Positions 1 through 10,899 of a stretch of 64,000 bases of DNA are shown one piece after another. Source of the DNA: a virus (lineage: Duplodnaviria; Heunggongvirae; Uroviricota; Caudoviricetes); IMG/VR virus record IMGVR_UViG_3300028833_000054, positions 246,482-310,481 of that record; one strand, 5' to 3'. The notes under the pieces are model-generated. The model worked only from the letters and a program-made list of their open reading frames with translations, was not told the DNA's origin and did no database searches. Positions within the stretch are counted from its first letter, which is position 1; every line of letters starts with the position of its first letter. Both the position numbers and the translations under genes were made by a program.

Positions 1-3000
1 TGAACCGAATCTTACACGGAGATACATATCAGTATAAGGAGTCAATGTGAACTCTGCATTAGGCTCTACAATAGGATTGTAGACTGCAGGAGTGTAAAGA
101 CGCATTGTAGCATAAGCATCATGATAAGTACTACCGGTGTTGTAACGAGAGTCCATATAAATGAATCTGTTATTCAACCACCACTTTCTGTGTTCTGCTC
201 TAGAACCTTGGCACTCATACAAGTAACCACCTTCCTGAACAGTTACACCAGCTGTACCCTTATCATCTCTTTGTGAGAAGTCAATATAACCAACGGTTGC
301 AGGGTCTATATACTTGAACTTAGCGTCAAGGTTGTAGAGAACTTCAGGCCAAAGGTCAGATTGAGTCTCATTAAAGTAGTGAATTGCTTGTGCATAATCA
401 AGACCACCACTTGCACGCATTGTAGCATAAGTTGAAGAGATACCTGTTGCAAATGCATCCTTGAAGTTCAACCAAAGAACTGACTCTGTACCGTTATATG
501 CATAACCAGTACCAATCTTATCGGTTGACTCTACATTAGGTTCATAACGGATATAACCGGTATTGTTAAGTGAAAGGATAGTATCATTATCATAGAATAT
601 AGGATAGTAAACATATTCACAATCTATTGGTACCCAATAAAGAGGAGTCTTTATAGTTCCCATTGAAGGAGCGTCCTCATCACTATCAATTGGAATAGGA
701 ATTGAATTATTATTGGTCTCTCCAATTGAAGGAGTGTTGAAACGGCAGACTGTTGTGTAACCATCCTTAACACGTCCAATTGAAACTGCATTGTTAGGGT
801 CAACAACAGGATGTTCATAATTGCTCATGTGGTCGATTACCATAGCAGGGTCAACTGTTTGTGGTCCTATTGCAGTTGCCATTGCACCGATATTCTGCAT
901 CAAATAGATGTCAAAGTCCTTTCCTGCTTTGAATGAGATACCAAATTCAGGACCAGGTGTTACATCTTGACACTTGTAAACTACAAATCCCTTTGAAGGA
1001 ATTGTTGTTCCGGCAGGAATCTGCCATGCATCGTGACGACCATCTCCTTCAGGAAGAAGATTTTCATTGTAATCAGCAGCATAAGGAGTCTTAACTAACC
1101 ACAAACCTCCAATATTTACAGTTCCTGCAGTAGGATTGTAAAGCTCAATTGTACGAGAAGCAATCTCATTGATTATAACGTGGTCAGTAATTGCAGCACC
1201 AGGATCAACATCATCAGGAACATATTGTGAATTATCCATACCAATCTTGAACAAGTTCTTGTAGTTGTTTACCATTGCAGTAGGGTCTGTAATGTCATCA
1301 TCACAACAAACCCAGAAAGTATTTGCTGGCTTATCTACAAGAAGTCCTTCAGGATTAGACTCATTAATCATAAGCATGAACTTCTCAACAAATGTTCCCT
1401 TTGTTCCATCATTAGAAATAGAAACCTTTGATATACTCTTCTCTTCACTGTCAAGTGCCCAAACATTTTCACCGTCAAAAGCAACATCTGCTACTTCTGC
1501 GATATATTGTGTAAGGTCAGCAAATTCAGTAAGAGAAACAATAGTCTCAGGAGTAGCACCAGTGAGGTCTGCAAGATAAATCTTACCAGTAACTTGCTTA
1601 CCGACAAAGAACAAGTTGTCCTTATAGTAGCAGAATCCTTCCATAGACTCATTTACATCAAGTCTTGTAACAATCTCAAGTCTGTTTCCAACCAACTTGT
1701 AAATATATGCATAAACATCGGCAGTATCAAGAGTCTTTTTCTTAGTCTTCTGTACACCCTTACTCATGATAGGTTCATTTGCTACACCATTGGTATAAGG
1801 TTCAAATGTTTCTTCACCAGTAACATTGTCAGTGTATATAGGATATTTCTCCTCAGTCTTAATATCAAGAGCTCTGTATTCACTCATGATGTAAACGTTT
1901 CCGTTACCATCTACAGTGATAGCTTCCAAGTCTGTATTAGGAATAAGGTCAGGAACATTGTCAGTAACATCTGTGAAAACCTTATCAATATCTTGCTTCC
2001 ATACTTTTCCAGTAGTAGGTGATACACCAAGGAATCTTATATTAGCATCGTAGTTCTCTATGTTCTTTCTTGTAACTGTACCGTCAAGAGCAATATCATA
2101 GATAACACCAGTGTCAGATACAGCAATGAATCCTGTCTTAGTAGAATTATATACCAATCCAGAAAGTTCATTTCCATTGCAAGTGAACTTCTTTATATCT
2201 ACAAGTTCAGTAACATCATACTTAGGACTCATATCTGTTGTATTATCCAATCCTGGAGTACCAGTATCAAATATTCTCCATGACAAAGCTCCATCAAAGA
2301 TTCTTCCGTAAGAACGATATTCTGTATGTTCAGATGAGAATCCTTCAAGATTCATGAATTCTCTATCTACAATATAAACAGTATTACCAGTTTCAACATC
2401 AGTACCTTCAATATAAGTTCCAGTTGCAGGAGCAGTAGTATAAGCAACCTTAGGTGAATTGTCAACTTCATCTACAAGATTGTTATTGTTATCATAAAGT
2501 CTTACTGTAAATCCGGCCTTAGGACCAAGACCTCCTGGCATAGTATTAGGAGTAACGCCGTCATTGAATACGACTACAAAGTAACCACCAGAAGGAACAA
2601 CAGCGTCACTATTGAAAGTTACACTCTTGTTATTTACAGGGTCATCAACACTATTAAGTTGCTTCAACTTAGGATTTCCGTTCTTGTCAAGTTCTCCAGT
2701 GTCATAGTAGAATGAACCACAAGCAACATCACCCTTCTTCAATGTCCAACCATTAAGATTGATGTCTGATAATGTTGGATTGTAAAGTTCAATTCCCTTC
2801 TGAGTTGGATAGTCAAGCGACAATGCATTTGGACAAACTTCATTGATACACAAATGAGTAATAGCTTCATTTGTATAACCGATAGAAGGAGTAGCAAATT
2901 CAACCCAGTTTTCACCACCATCTGTCTCACGGCCCCAAGAACCAGGGAATCCTGTTACATTATCAGTATAAAGGTCATTGGTCAAGCTGTCAACGACAGT

Positions 3001-6000
3001 TCCGTTTGGAGTCTCAAGAGTGAATGACCAAGCTTTCTTAGGAGAAAGACCATAACCAGGACCGACTGTTGTATTACCCTTTACGAATTCAATTGTGTAG
3101 AATCCCTTGGCAGGAATTACTGCACCTGCAGGGAATGCCCAGTCAGGACGAGCTGAAGGTACTTCATCAACACCCTTAAGAACATATCCTTCAAGATTAA
3201 TGTCAGAAGAGGTAGGATTGTAGAACTCCATCTTCTTACCGTTAGGATCAACCTCGTTTATGCATACTGTTGATGCAGGAGCTCCAAGAACCATATCTCC
3301 TCCTCTCTTAGGAGCAGCGAATGTTGTTGGCTTAGGTGCTGAATTAACAGCAGCAACTTCATACTTATAAACACCCTTATAACCTGCTGCATTTGCAGTT
3401 GCTTCATCAGCAAAAGCACTTGCAGGTCTTGTATTAGGTGATTCATAACCCCAAGATGCGAACATCATATTCTTAGCGCGTTGGTCAACGCAAGCAAAGA
3501 ATTCAGTAAGAACATAGTAAGCAGTAGTTACATTAACATTCATGTGATTTGGAAGTTCGTTAGCAAACTTAGCGAGACGGAAATCAGCATTATCATATTT
3601 GTAAACTGTGCTATTATAAGTAACAGGAGAAGAAAGAAGATAGTCATTATCAAGATTTGCTACCAAAGTCCACTCGTTATTAGCATATTTGTAAACGTTC
3701 TTGTAATTGACATCATCTGCATTATTGATATAATACCACTTAGTATTATCAATTGCTGATGCATCTTCTTCATATTTTCCATCAACATACCAGAGATGAG
3801 TTTCTGAATTATATCTTGCAATATAACCGAAATACAAGTAAGAATCATCAGGACCGAGTTCTTGTGTTGCATCATCAACGATATGAAGAGGCTCAAGTAT
3901 ATATCCTGAATTATAATCAAATACTGTATGGTCATCAGCATTCATCTCATCAAGAGTACCATTGTAGGTTAAGAATGATTCTGTTGCAGTATCACCTGCT
4001 CTCAATTCTTCAAGAGTACCATTCCATGCATAAGGAATCTTAAGAGTCTTTGCTGCATCATGGAAACCTTCACGGTTGGTGCTTGATACCCAAGTCATGA
4101 ACTTTCTCCAGTGAACAGGGTCTTTACCTGCTGCAAGGTCTGCAGCGTAGTTGTCATTGTCAGGGTGACGACCCTCAAATGAACCAAGCCACTCCATTCC
4201 GTATTCCTCAGATGTCTCTCTGAAGCTTTCATCTGTTACATTATTGAACTTAGAAATTTCTGCTGAGTTGTTAGTGAACTCCCAGCACTCAACAGGTGAT
4301 TCATATGCCATTCTGTCATCTTTTGATGCTGCATCATAGTAATCTTCATCAAAGCTGGTGAATGGCTGACCAGTCATAGGGTTAGTATAATCTACCTTCT
4401 CTACAATATCTCCAGTAAATCCGAATACATCTTCAGCTCCCTTATCAATATTGAAGTTGTACTTACCGATGAACTCGTAGTCATCATTATAAGTTCTTCT
4501 CCAGAACATTGCAATAGGATAACCATCAACAGTAGTTCTAGTAGAAACCTTGTTGATATTATTTTCATTCTTATTATACTCTGCTTTCTGTGGAGGAGTA
4601 AGGTAAGAGTAACCCATATTCTTAAGAATGTAATCAGCATACTTAGCAAGACCAGTATTGTGGGTACTTGATGCCTCTGCGAAGTCAGCCTTCAAACAGA
4701 ACTCTGTTGCAGGAACTGATGTGATAGAAGCAGTATTCTGATACTCATGGTCTGAAAGACCGAAGTCCTTAAGAATATACTTATTCTTATATTTGTCTGC
4801 ATAAGTAGCAGCATCATTCATACGATTAAGCTTACCGTCAGGAGTACCACCTGTTCCTGATTGTCCTTGTGAAGTACCAAGAACATCCCAGAACAAAAGT
4901 GTAGGCTTCTTAGAAGCAAGAACCTTATTGTAGTCTGCAATACTATCAACACTTCCACCATCCATCAATTTCTTCTGAGGCTTAATCTTAAGTTTGTAGT
5001 TCTTTCTTGGATAGTATTGAGATGATGTACCTTGAACTGTCATTTGTGCATTGTATGCAACAAATGAGTGGCAGAAGTCATAATATTCTCTTGCCTCTTC
5101 ATCAAGCATATCGCAGTTGAATACTACGGTATATCCTCTCTTATCCTTTTTATTCATAGGAAGAATATGCTCTGCATTTGCATAACCGTAAGTCAAATCT
5201 GTTACATCAGATTCACAGGTTACGAACAAGCAAGGCATCTTCTGCAAAAGTTTTGAGTAATCAATATCAATTCCAGAATCCTTAAGAATGTTATTTCTAA
5301 GATACAATCTCATTCTTTCTGCAGGATCTTGAGTATCTGCAACATAGTTATTTACAAGAGCCTTGTCATAAAGAGCTTTCTTATATGAACGGATACTGTA
5401 AATATCAATTGTAGCATTGTCTGAGCCGATAACAATCTGTGAAGGTCTCTGCTGTACGAATGAGTTAGCAGCAGAGTATTGATTAACTGCAGTACAAATA
5501 CCATTTACATAAACCTTGACAAATCTCCACCAACCTTCTGCAACAGAATCCTTAGTTACATAAGTTCCTCTACCTGCATCCCAGATTGATACCTCGTGTG
5601 AAGCATTACCTGCATCATCAGAGTTAAGAGGAGTGATAACGAATGCGATTCTAATTCTTTCATTCTCCTTGAAAGGAACCTTGATTCTTGAGTCTGCAGA
5701 ATCTGAAAGTGAGAATTCAGATGATGTGAAATATGCATTGTTAGCATTAATTACAATACCTGAATTATCTGCATCTGAGAAACAAGAAATAACAGTTGTA
5801 GTAGAATCTGAAAGGTTGCTAGTTGAGAAGTCAAATTCAATAACCTGACCAGTTGAACGGTAGTCACTGTCAAATGGAGTATAAGGAATTGTACATCTTG
5901 CTCCACCTGCAACTCTAAGAGCAGTCGTATTGTTATTCTGATACCAACCTGAGTTGCTGTTCCATGCAAAACCTTCAAGTGTTGCACTCAAATTACCAAT

Positions 6001-7854
6001 TTCTGCTTCCCAAGTTTGTCTTACGGCAGGGTCTTCATCATTTGAACGTCCCTTAGCAGTGAAGAACATATCAGAACCTTCAGTTGCTTCAAGTGAGTAA
6101 GCAGCCTTCTTAACATTAACTACATATTCAGTTGAACGAGTTGTCATATTGATACCGTAAACAGCCTCAATATAAAGAGTATAAATTCCTTGCTCGTCAA
6201 ATGTATATGACCAGTTCTTAATTTGTGTATTAACATTCAAGCTATTAACAACTTTAACAGCTCCTGTGTTGTTATCCTTTACACAAAGCTTAACCAAAGA
6301 AGCAGGATATACCTGATATGTAATTGTTACGAATTCATATTGTGTAGATTTATAACCACCGTTCTCCTCTTCAGCATCAATTGATGAAGCGATGATAGGA
6401 GCAGGATTGTTAATATCATACCAAATAGTATTGTATTCAAGAATGTTTGTCTCAAGAGTTGTATCAGACTGAGGAATATAAGTTGTTGCCCAAATCTTAA
6501 TGTTGTGAACACCGTGATCTCTTAACTGTCCATTTTCCTTTACAGGAGAAATGTTTAAGATGGTTGAACCTGCTCCAGTAGCAATAGTTGCAGCTTTAAC
6601 ATCTCCTTCACCATCAATGTTATAGTAAACATCTGCTGAATTTGATGATGCAACAGTTACAGGAATATCAATTTCCTTTGATAATGAAATTGGATTAGGC
6701 AAATAAGATGAACGGATTGCTACAGAAATCAATGAGATTGTTACCTCTTCTGTTGCAACGTTTCCTGCAATATCTGTTACTTGAATCTTGATAACATGTT
6801 GTGAACCAGTAAATCTTGCTGCAGGAATTACGAAAGTATTGTATACATTCTTTGAATCATCAGCATCGTCATAATTAGCTTGACGAACTGAACCTGAAGC
6901 AAACTGAATACCGTCAATGAAATATTTTGCAGCACCAGTCTTACCTGTTTGCTGAACAACCTTCTCGAATTGACCTGTTTCCTTATTATAAGAAGTAAAT
7001 GTATTAGCAGAAGAATATGCAAATTCAAGAGTATATGGAGTTCCTGCTGCTACAGAATCATTGGTCTTTGCTCCTTTAATATAAATTGCAGCTTCAACTT
7101 TGACGTCTGAGCCGCCACCTCCACCGCCGCCACCGGCGCCAGAAATAGGAACATATGTTCTATCAGGAAGACCGTCAAATTCCTGAGCCCAACGATACAT
7201 AGTATTGCCCTCATCATCAATATAAATCTTATTGATTTTACCAACATCAGGAAATTCTGCTGAGCTGTCAAAGGTTAAAACATTATCAACAGAACTATCT
7301 ATGTAATCTTTGTCATAATAATTTGAAAGGATTGCTTCAATACCTTCAGCTGCTTCGATAAGTTGCTCCATCTTTTCATCATCACTGAAGATAACTGCCA
7401 ACTGGCGGATATTCTCCAATTCTGAACCAGGAACATATCTAGCATCTGACTCTTCTTTATCATAGTAGTTGTCTTTAAGGTAACCTTCCTTAAAGTCATA
7501 AATTGCTGAGTCAACGTCTGCAGGTTTTGCATATGTTTCATCAACATAAGCAAGAACATCATCTTGGACAGAAGCGGTCTGTCTCAACATATCTGCATAC
7601 AAATCCTTAAATGCGTCTTGTACAGATGTACCCTTGGTGATAGTGTAAGATGTATCACCAAGTCTAGCAGTAACATCTCTTACAAAATATATCTTTGACG
7701 CATCTACAGAACCTAAGCAATTTACTCCCTTATACAAAGTACCATAACCATCAGCATCTATGATAAAGTACACAGTATATTCATCCTTTACTGCAAGATT
7801 ATTATAAGCATTAGGACTACCATAAGAATATTTTACTGGGTGTTTCTTTGCCAT
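1..7854 (-). CDS. Giant virion/tail-associated protein, 3' end beyond window (>=2618 aa): Ig/LamG-like region, CotH-like kinase, three lamin-tail (LTD) domains
   Basis: ATG at 7854 (MAKKHPVKYSYG). Translated stretches are open, and the ORF track lists no stop-terminated ORF in this frame, so the frame runs off the window edge. Motifs GKYNFNIDKG, DQRAKNM, YPIFYDND (CotH-like) and INE..P...IELYNPT x3 (LTD). Confidence 0.85.
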   Translation of the reverse strand, partial: MAKKHPVKYSYGSPNAYNNLAVKDEYTVYFIIDADGYGTLYKGVNCLGSVDASKIYFVRDVTARLGDTSYTITKGTSVQDAFKDLYADMLRQTASVQDDVLAYVDETYAKPADVDSAIYDFKEGYLKDNYYDKEESDARYVPGSELENIRQLAVIFSDDEKMEQLIEAAEGIEAILSNYYDKDYIDSSVDNVLTFDSSAEFPDVGKINKIYIDDEGNTMYRWAQEFDGLPDRTYVPISGAGGGGGGGGSDVKVEAAIYIKGAKTNDSVAAGTPYTLEFAYSSANTFTSYNKETGQFEKVVQQTGKTGAAKYFIDGIQFASGSVRQANYDDADDSKNVYNTFVIPAARFTGSQHVIKIQVTDIAGNVATEEVTISLISVAIRSSYLPNPISLSKEIDIPVTVASSNSADVYYNIDGEGDVKAATIATGAGSTILNISPVKENGQLRDHGVHNIKIWATTYIPQSDTTLETNILEYNTIWYDINNPAPIIASSIDAEEENGGYKSTQYEFVTITYQVYPASLVKLCVKDNNTGAVKVVNSLNVNTQIKNWSYTFDEQGIYTLYIEAVYGINMTTRSTEYVVNVKKAAYSLEATEGSDMFFTAKGRSNDEDPAVRQTWEAEIGNLSATLEGFAWNSNSGWYQNNNTTALRVAGGARCTIPYTPFDSDYRSTGQVIEFDFSTSNLSDSTTTVISCFSDADNSGIVINANNAYFTSSEFSLSDSADSRIKVPFKENERIRIAFVITPLNSDDAGNASHEVSIWDAGRGTYVTKDSVAEGWWRFVKVYVNGICTAVNQYSAANSFVQQRPSQIVIGSDNATIDIYSIRSYKKALYDKALVNNYVADTQDPAERMRLYLRNNILKDSGIDIDYSKLLQKMPCLFVTCESDVTDLTYGYANAEHILPMNKKDKRGYTVVFNCDMLDEEAREYYDFCHSFVAYNAQMTVQGTSSQYYPRKNYKLKIKPQKKLMDGGSVDSIADYNKVLASKKPTLLFWDVLGTSQGQSGTGGTPDGKLNRMNDAATYADKYKNKYILKDFGLSDHEYQNTASITSVPATEFCLKADFAEASSTHNTGLAKYADYILKNMGYSYLTPPQKAEYNKNENNINKVSTRTTVDGYPIAMFWRRTYNDDYEFIGKYNFNIDKGAEDVFGFTGDIVEKVDYTNPMTGQPFTSFDEDYYDAASKDDRMAYESPVECWEFTNNSAEISKFNNVTDESFRETSEEYGMEWLGSFEGRHPDNDNYAADLAAGKDPVHWRKFMTWVSSTNREGFHDAAKTLKIPYAWNGTLEELRAGDTATESFLTYNGTLDEMNADDHTVFDYNSGYILEPLHIVDDATQELGPDDSYLYFGYIARYNSETHLWYVDGKYEEDASAIDNTKWYYINNADDVNYKNVYKYANNEWTLVANLDNDYLLSSPVTYNSTVYKYDNADFRLAKFANELPNHMNVNVTTAYYVLTEFFACVDQRAKNMMFASWGYESPNTRPASAFADEATANAAGYKGVYKYEVAAVNSAPKPTTFAAPKRGGDMVLGAPASTVCINEVDPNGKKMEFYNPTSSDINLEGYVLKGVDEVPSARPDWAFPAGAVIPAKGFYTIEFVKGNTTVGPGYGLSPKKAWSFTLETPNGTVVDSLTNDLYTDNVTGFPGSWGRETDGGENWVEFATPSIGYTNEAITHLCINEVCPNALSLDYPTQKGIELYNPTLSDINLNGWTLKKGDVACGSFYYDTGELDKNGNPKLKQLNSVDDPVNNKSVTFNSDAVVPSGGYFVVVFNDGVTPNTMPGGLGPKAGFTVRLYDNNNNLVDEVDNSPKVAYTTAPATGTYIEGTDVETGNTVYIVDREFMNLEGFSSEHTEYRSYGRIFDGALSWRIFDTGTPGLDNTTDMSPKYDVTELVDIKKFTCNGNELSGLVYNSTKTGFIAVSDTGVIYDIALDGTVTRKNIENYDANIRFLGVSPTTGKVWKQDIDKVFTDVTDNVPDLIPNTDLEAITVDGNGNVYIMSEYRALDIKTEEKYPIYTDNVTGEETFEPYTNGVANEPIMSKGVQKTKKKTLDTADVYAYIYKLVGNRLEIVTRLDVNESMEGFCYYKDNLFFVGKQVTGKIYLADLTGATPETIVSLTEFADLTQYIAEVADVAFDGENVWALDSEEKSISKVSISNDGTKGTFVEKFMLMINESNPEGLLVDKPANTFWVCCDDDITDPTAMVNNYKNLFKIGMDNSQYVPDDVDPGAAITDHVIINEIASRTIELYNPTAGTVNIGGLWLVKTPYAADYNENLLPEGDGRHDAWQIPAGTTIPSKGFVVYKCQDVTPGPEFGISFKAGKDFDIYLMQNIGAMATAIGPQTVDPAMVIDHMSNYEHPVVDPNNAVSIGRVKDGYTTVCRFNTPSIGETNNNSIPIPIDSDEDAPSMGTIKTPLYWVPIDCEYVYYPIFYDNDTILSLNNTGYIRYEPNVESTDKIGTGYAYNGTESVLWLNFKDAFATGISSTYATMRASGGLDYAQAIHYFNETQSDLWPEVLYNLDAKFKYIDPATVGYIDFSQRDDKGTAGVTVQEGGYLYECQGSRAEHRKWWLNNRFIYMDSRYNTGSTYHDAYATMRLYTPAVYNPIVEPNAEFTLTPYTDMYLRVRFGS

Positions 7855-7927
7855 AATATATGTTGTATTGTTTTTTATTTTTCATTTTTATATTTATTTA
7901 GAAACGGACCCAAAATAAAAGAGAAGA

Positions 7928-8674
7928 TTAATCAATCTTCTCTTCATTTTCATACTTAATTTTAAGTAATTCATATTCTTCAGGTACTCCTGAAAATTCA
8001 ACATCCTCTTTATCACAGGACAACATCCATGTTTTTGTTTTGTCTTGGATAAAGTTATATAACGGTGCTATGTAGTAGTTATAATTCTTATCCATTTTTA
8101 CTGCCCTAAGATACAGCCACATGTAAAATAAAGCAGATTTGAATATATAAAGACCTGTTGAACAATAATTTGAAATCTTTTCTTTTTCTGCAGTGTCTTT
8201 AATACGCCAACCTCGTTTTTCTACCGAACAAAATGACCATTTACTTTCATCTGCATCTTTATCTTCAAATGCATCAAACAATGCATCATAGTCATTGTAA
8301 TAAACGAAAAGGTCTTTTCTGATAGTATCAATGTTGAAGATATAAATAGGTTCATTCAATTCATCCTGGTTTAATGCATAAAGGCCCTCCATGACAGTCT
8401 CTGCCTGTCCTTTAGTAATCTTATCAATTTCAACCACGGTAAAATTTCGGATACCTAGAGCTCGTGCATGGTCATTTACAAAATCAAATGCTCCCTTATC
8501 ATCTTTTCTTACAATGAAAACAAATTTGTCATGCCAAAACATCATTTCAAAACTCTTAACTGACTTGTCAAATACAGTTTCATTTCCGAGAGGAAGCATA
8601 TATTTTGGAACAGTATAACCTGCATTGTAAAACCTGGAACTTGCTCCGGCCATTGGAATAATTATAATCGCCAT
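7928..8674 (-). CDS. Nucleotidyltransferase (NTP_transf/GT-A fold, capsule-biosynthesis type)
   Basis: N-terminal IIPMAGASSRF...PKYML motif; EKEKISNYCSTGLYIF. Confidence 0.8.
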   Translation of the reverse strand: MAIIIIPMAGASSRFYNAGYTVPKYMLPLGNETVFDKSVKSFEMMFWHDKFVFIVRKDDKGAFDFVNDHARALGIRNFTVVEIDKITKGQAETVMEGLYALNQDELNEPIYIFNIDTIRKDLFVYYNDYDALFDAFEDKDADESKWSFCSVEKRGWRIKDTAEKEKISNYCSTGLYIFKSALFYMWLYLRAVKMDKNYNYYIAPLYNFIQDKTKTWMLSCDKEDVEFSGVPEEYELLKIKYENEEKID

Positions 8675-8675
8675 A

Positions 8676-9635
8676 TTAAAACCTATTCTCTTTTTCTAAA
8701 TATAACCTTAATGCATTTACTAACATCTTCTCTTGTTTCCATGGGTCATCTTTATGAAGAGGAATCATTGATAAAAACAAGTGTATCATTATATCAAAAT
8801 AATTGTAATTCTTAAATATATCTTTAAATGTATCTTCAATGTATCTTATATTATCACTTGTTTTGATACTCCAGGTATATTCTCTTTCTCCCAATTTTGC
8901 AATATCAAATCCATGTGTTTGTATTTGGTCATATCTTCCCAAAATTGAATGTGCAAGTTTTGCAACATCATAATTTACATCACCTATTTGAGAAATCTGT
9001 TTTTCAGGAATATATCCTCTCGGGTCAATCAAGAATACCCAATCATAATCAGGTAAAAACTTTTGATATTTTGCTAATATCATATTTGAAAAACATAAAT
9101 CACCATGAATATGTTTGATATTTTCATCCTTCAAAGATATATGGCAATTCTTTATAATTTCCCTTATAGTAGGAGTGTAATAATCATTTACAATATATTC
9201 TTTATCAATATCAATTGAAGTTTGTTTTAATCTAGATAACGTCTTGTCTTCATACATTGAATGAATGCACATCTTTGTAAACGGAGTAACATTCTTTTCA
9301 ACTGGCAAATTAGACAGCAATGATTCTAATGTAATAAGAATTCTTTCATACAAATGAATATCAGGATTTCCATTTACAAAAGCATATGATAAAGTATATC
9401 CATGAATATAATCCATTAAATAACCTGCTTTTCCATCTTCTTCCCAATAATCAAATATTCCAGGAAACCAAATTCCACATTTATAATCAGTATTATTTTG
9501 TTTGAAACAATTGGAATTTTTATACCACTCATACTCTGCTTTCATCTTGAAAGTATCTTCACTTTCTTTTGAAATCAGGTCATCACTTATAATTCTTATC
9601 GTATTAAAATATCTAGGCTTTGTGATTTCTGACAT
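8676..9635 (-). CDS. APH/choline-kinase-like phosphotransferase (capsule-biosynthesis type)
   Basis: HGDLCFSN catalytic loop, LIDPRG, YDVAKL. Confidence 0.8.
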   Translation of the reverse strand: MSEITKPRYFNTIRIISDDLISKESEDTFKMKAEYEWYKNSNCFKQNNTDYKCGIWFPGIFDYWEEDGKAGYLMDYIHGYTLSYAFVNGNPDIHLYERILITLESLLSNLPVEKNVTPFTKMCIHSMYEDKTLSRLKQTSIDIDKEYIVNDYYTPTIREIIKNCHISLKDENIKHIHGDLCFSNMILAKYQKFLPDYDWVFLIDPRGYIPEKQISQIGDVNYDVAKLAHSILGRYDQIQTHGFDIAKLGEREYTWSIKTSDNIRYIEDTFKDIFKNYNYFDIMIHLFLSMIPLHKDDPWKQEKMLVNALRLYLEKENRF

Positions 9636-10023
9636 ATTCTGTTTCTCGTTTCAATAAAGTTTGAACCTCTTCTTCAGTCATATTTATAAATTCACTTGGA
9701 CGGATAGATTTGTCATCAACATAAAATCCACCATATCCTGCCCAAGGCTTTCCCATAATGACCTGGTCATACGGTATATCATATCTATTAAGGAAATCTA
9801 AAACTACTGGAAGAGTATGAACATTAATTTCACCGATATTGCAATTGTATGTTCTCATATTACGAGAAGAATAAATCACAATCTCATATCCTAAGTTTTT
9901 GTATTCACGGAGTTTTTCTACTACTTTAAAATTAGGAATAGACTCAGTATATTTACTATGTTCCGTAATGGAAATAGTATCATCTAAGTCTATTACTATC
10001 TTTTTATGTGTGATATCAGACAT
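9613..10023 (-). CDS. HAD-superfamily phosphatase (capsule biosynthesis phosphatase type)
   Basis: DLDDT motif I, SSR motif II, GKP...YVDDK motifs III/IV. Confidence 0.85.
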   Translation of the reverse strand: MSDITHKKIVIDLDDTISITEHSKYTESIPNFKVVEKLREYKNLGYEIVIYSSRNMRTYNCNIGEINVHTLPVVLDFLNRYDIPYDQVIMGKPWAGYGGFYVDDKSIRPSEFINMTEEEVQTLLKRETEYVRNHKA

Positions 10024-10052
10024 TAATCAAAATATAATTTTAAAATTATATC

Positions 10053-10598
10053 TCAATTTCGTCCGTATAATTCTCTATGAATAAGCCTCTCTACATGTGA
10101 ATTTGGACAATAAGAAAAATTCTTGTGAAGAGTATGGCCCTTTATTCCGTTCATATGAAGAAAATCCATAAAACAAGTTGCAACAGCTGCACTCCTTGAA
10201 ATTCCTGCCTCACAATGAACTATGAAATAATCAGCATCAATGTGCTTCTTATAAAAATCAACAATCTGCTTTGCCTGTTGAGTAGTCAAAGCTTGATTTT
10301 CATATCCGGGAATAGGATGCTCATTGTCGTCAAACTCAAGATTGAGAACATTGGGATGTTGATTTTTAAACCAATGTTCCATAGAGCCATCTGTATTGCA
10401 AATAGAAACAATGGCAGTATTACTTATTTTAGCAATATTGCCATCATTCCATCCCATATCTGACATCACTTTGTCAAATTGTCTCTGTGAAAAAATATAA
10501 ATTTGAGCCATAGTGAGCAGAGTAGGTTGCGAACCTAACAGTTTCTTGTTCACGGCGATGACCAAAAACTCTCTGCTCTGCAATATCCAATATCCCAT
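10053..10598 (-). CDS. Protein-tyrosine/dual-specificity phosphatase-like protein (start probably 10511)
   Basis: HCEAGISRS CX5R motif. Confidence 0.75.
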   Translation of the reverse strand: MGYWILQSREFLVIAVNKKLLGSQPTLLTMAQIYIFSQRQFDKVMSDMGWNDGNIAKISNTAIVSICNTDGSMEHWFKNQHPNVLNLEFDDNEHPIPGYENQALTTQQAKQIVDFYKKHIDADYFIVHCEAGISRSAAVATCFMDFLHMNGIKGHTLHKNFSYCPNSHVERLIHRELYGRN

Positions 10599-10726
10599 AA
10601 TTCTTGGAATTGCTGCATGCAGCTATTTTTTCAATGTAAAAAATTACGCTGCGCTAAATAAAAACATCCGTTTTTGTAACTTCAAAACTTATAAAAAGTA
10701 CGTCTTTGACCACAAAACTTATAAAA

Positions 10727-10818
10727 GGGAGCATCTTTTTAGAGCTTAAGATTCGGAAACTCGACTCATTACGTAAGAGTTCTATACGTGCGGTTTGTAG
10801 ATCGCAACCACTGCTCCC
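10727..10818 (-). ncRNA. Candidate multi-stem structured RNA or cis-element
   Basis: GGGAGCA/TGCTCCC closing stem enclosing GTGGTT/AACCGC and ACGTA/TACGT hairpins, followed by a U-tract. Confidence 0.35.
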
Positions 10819-10899
10819 CTCTACTGATAGTTACAAAATTATAAACGGAGCCTGTTATAATTGGGTATGGGAACCTAAATTGTAACTATATATTATATA

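Noticed and set aside
1265-7562. Short ORF-track ORFs over 1-7.6 kb
   Set aside because: They are out-of-frame or antisense to the single open frame 7854 to <1.
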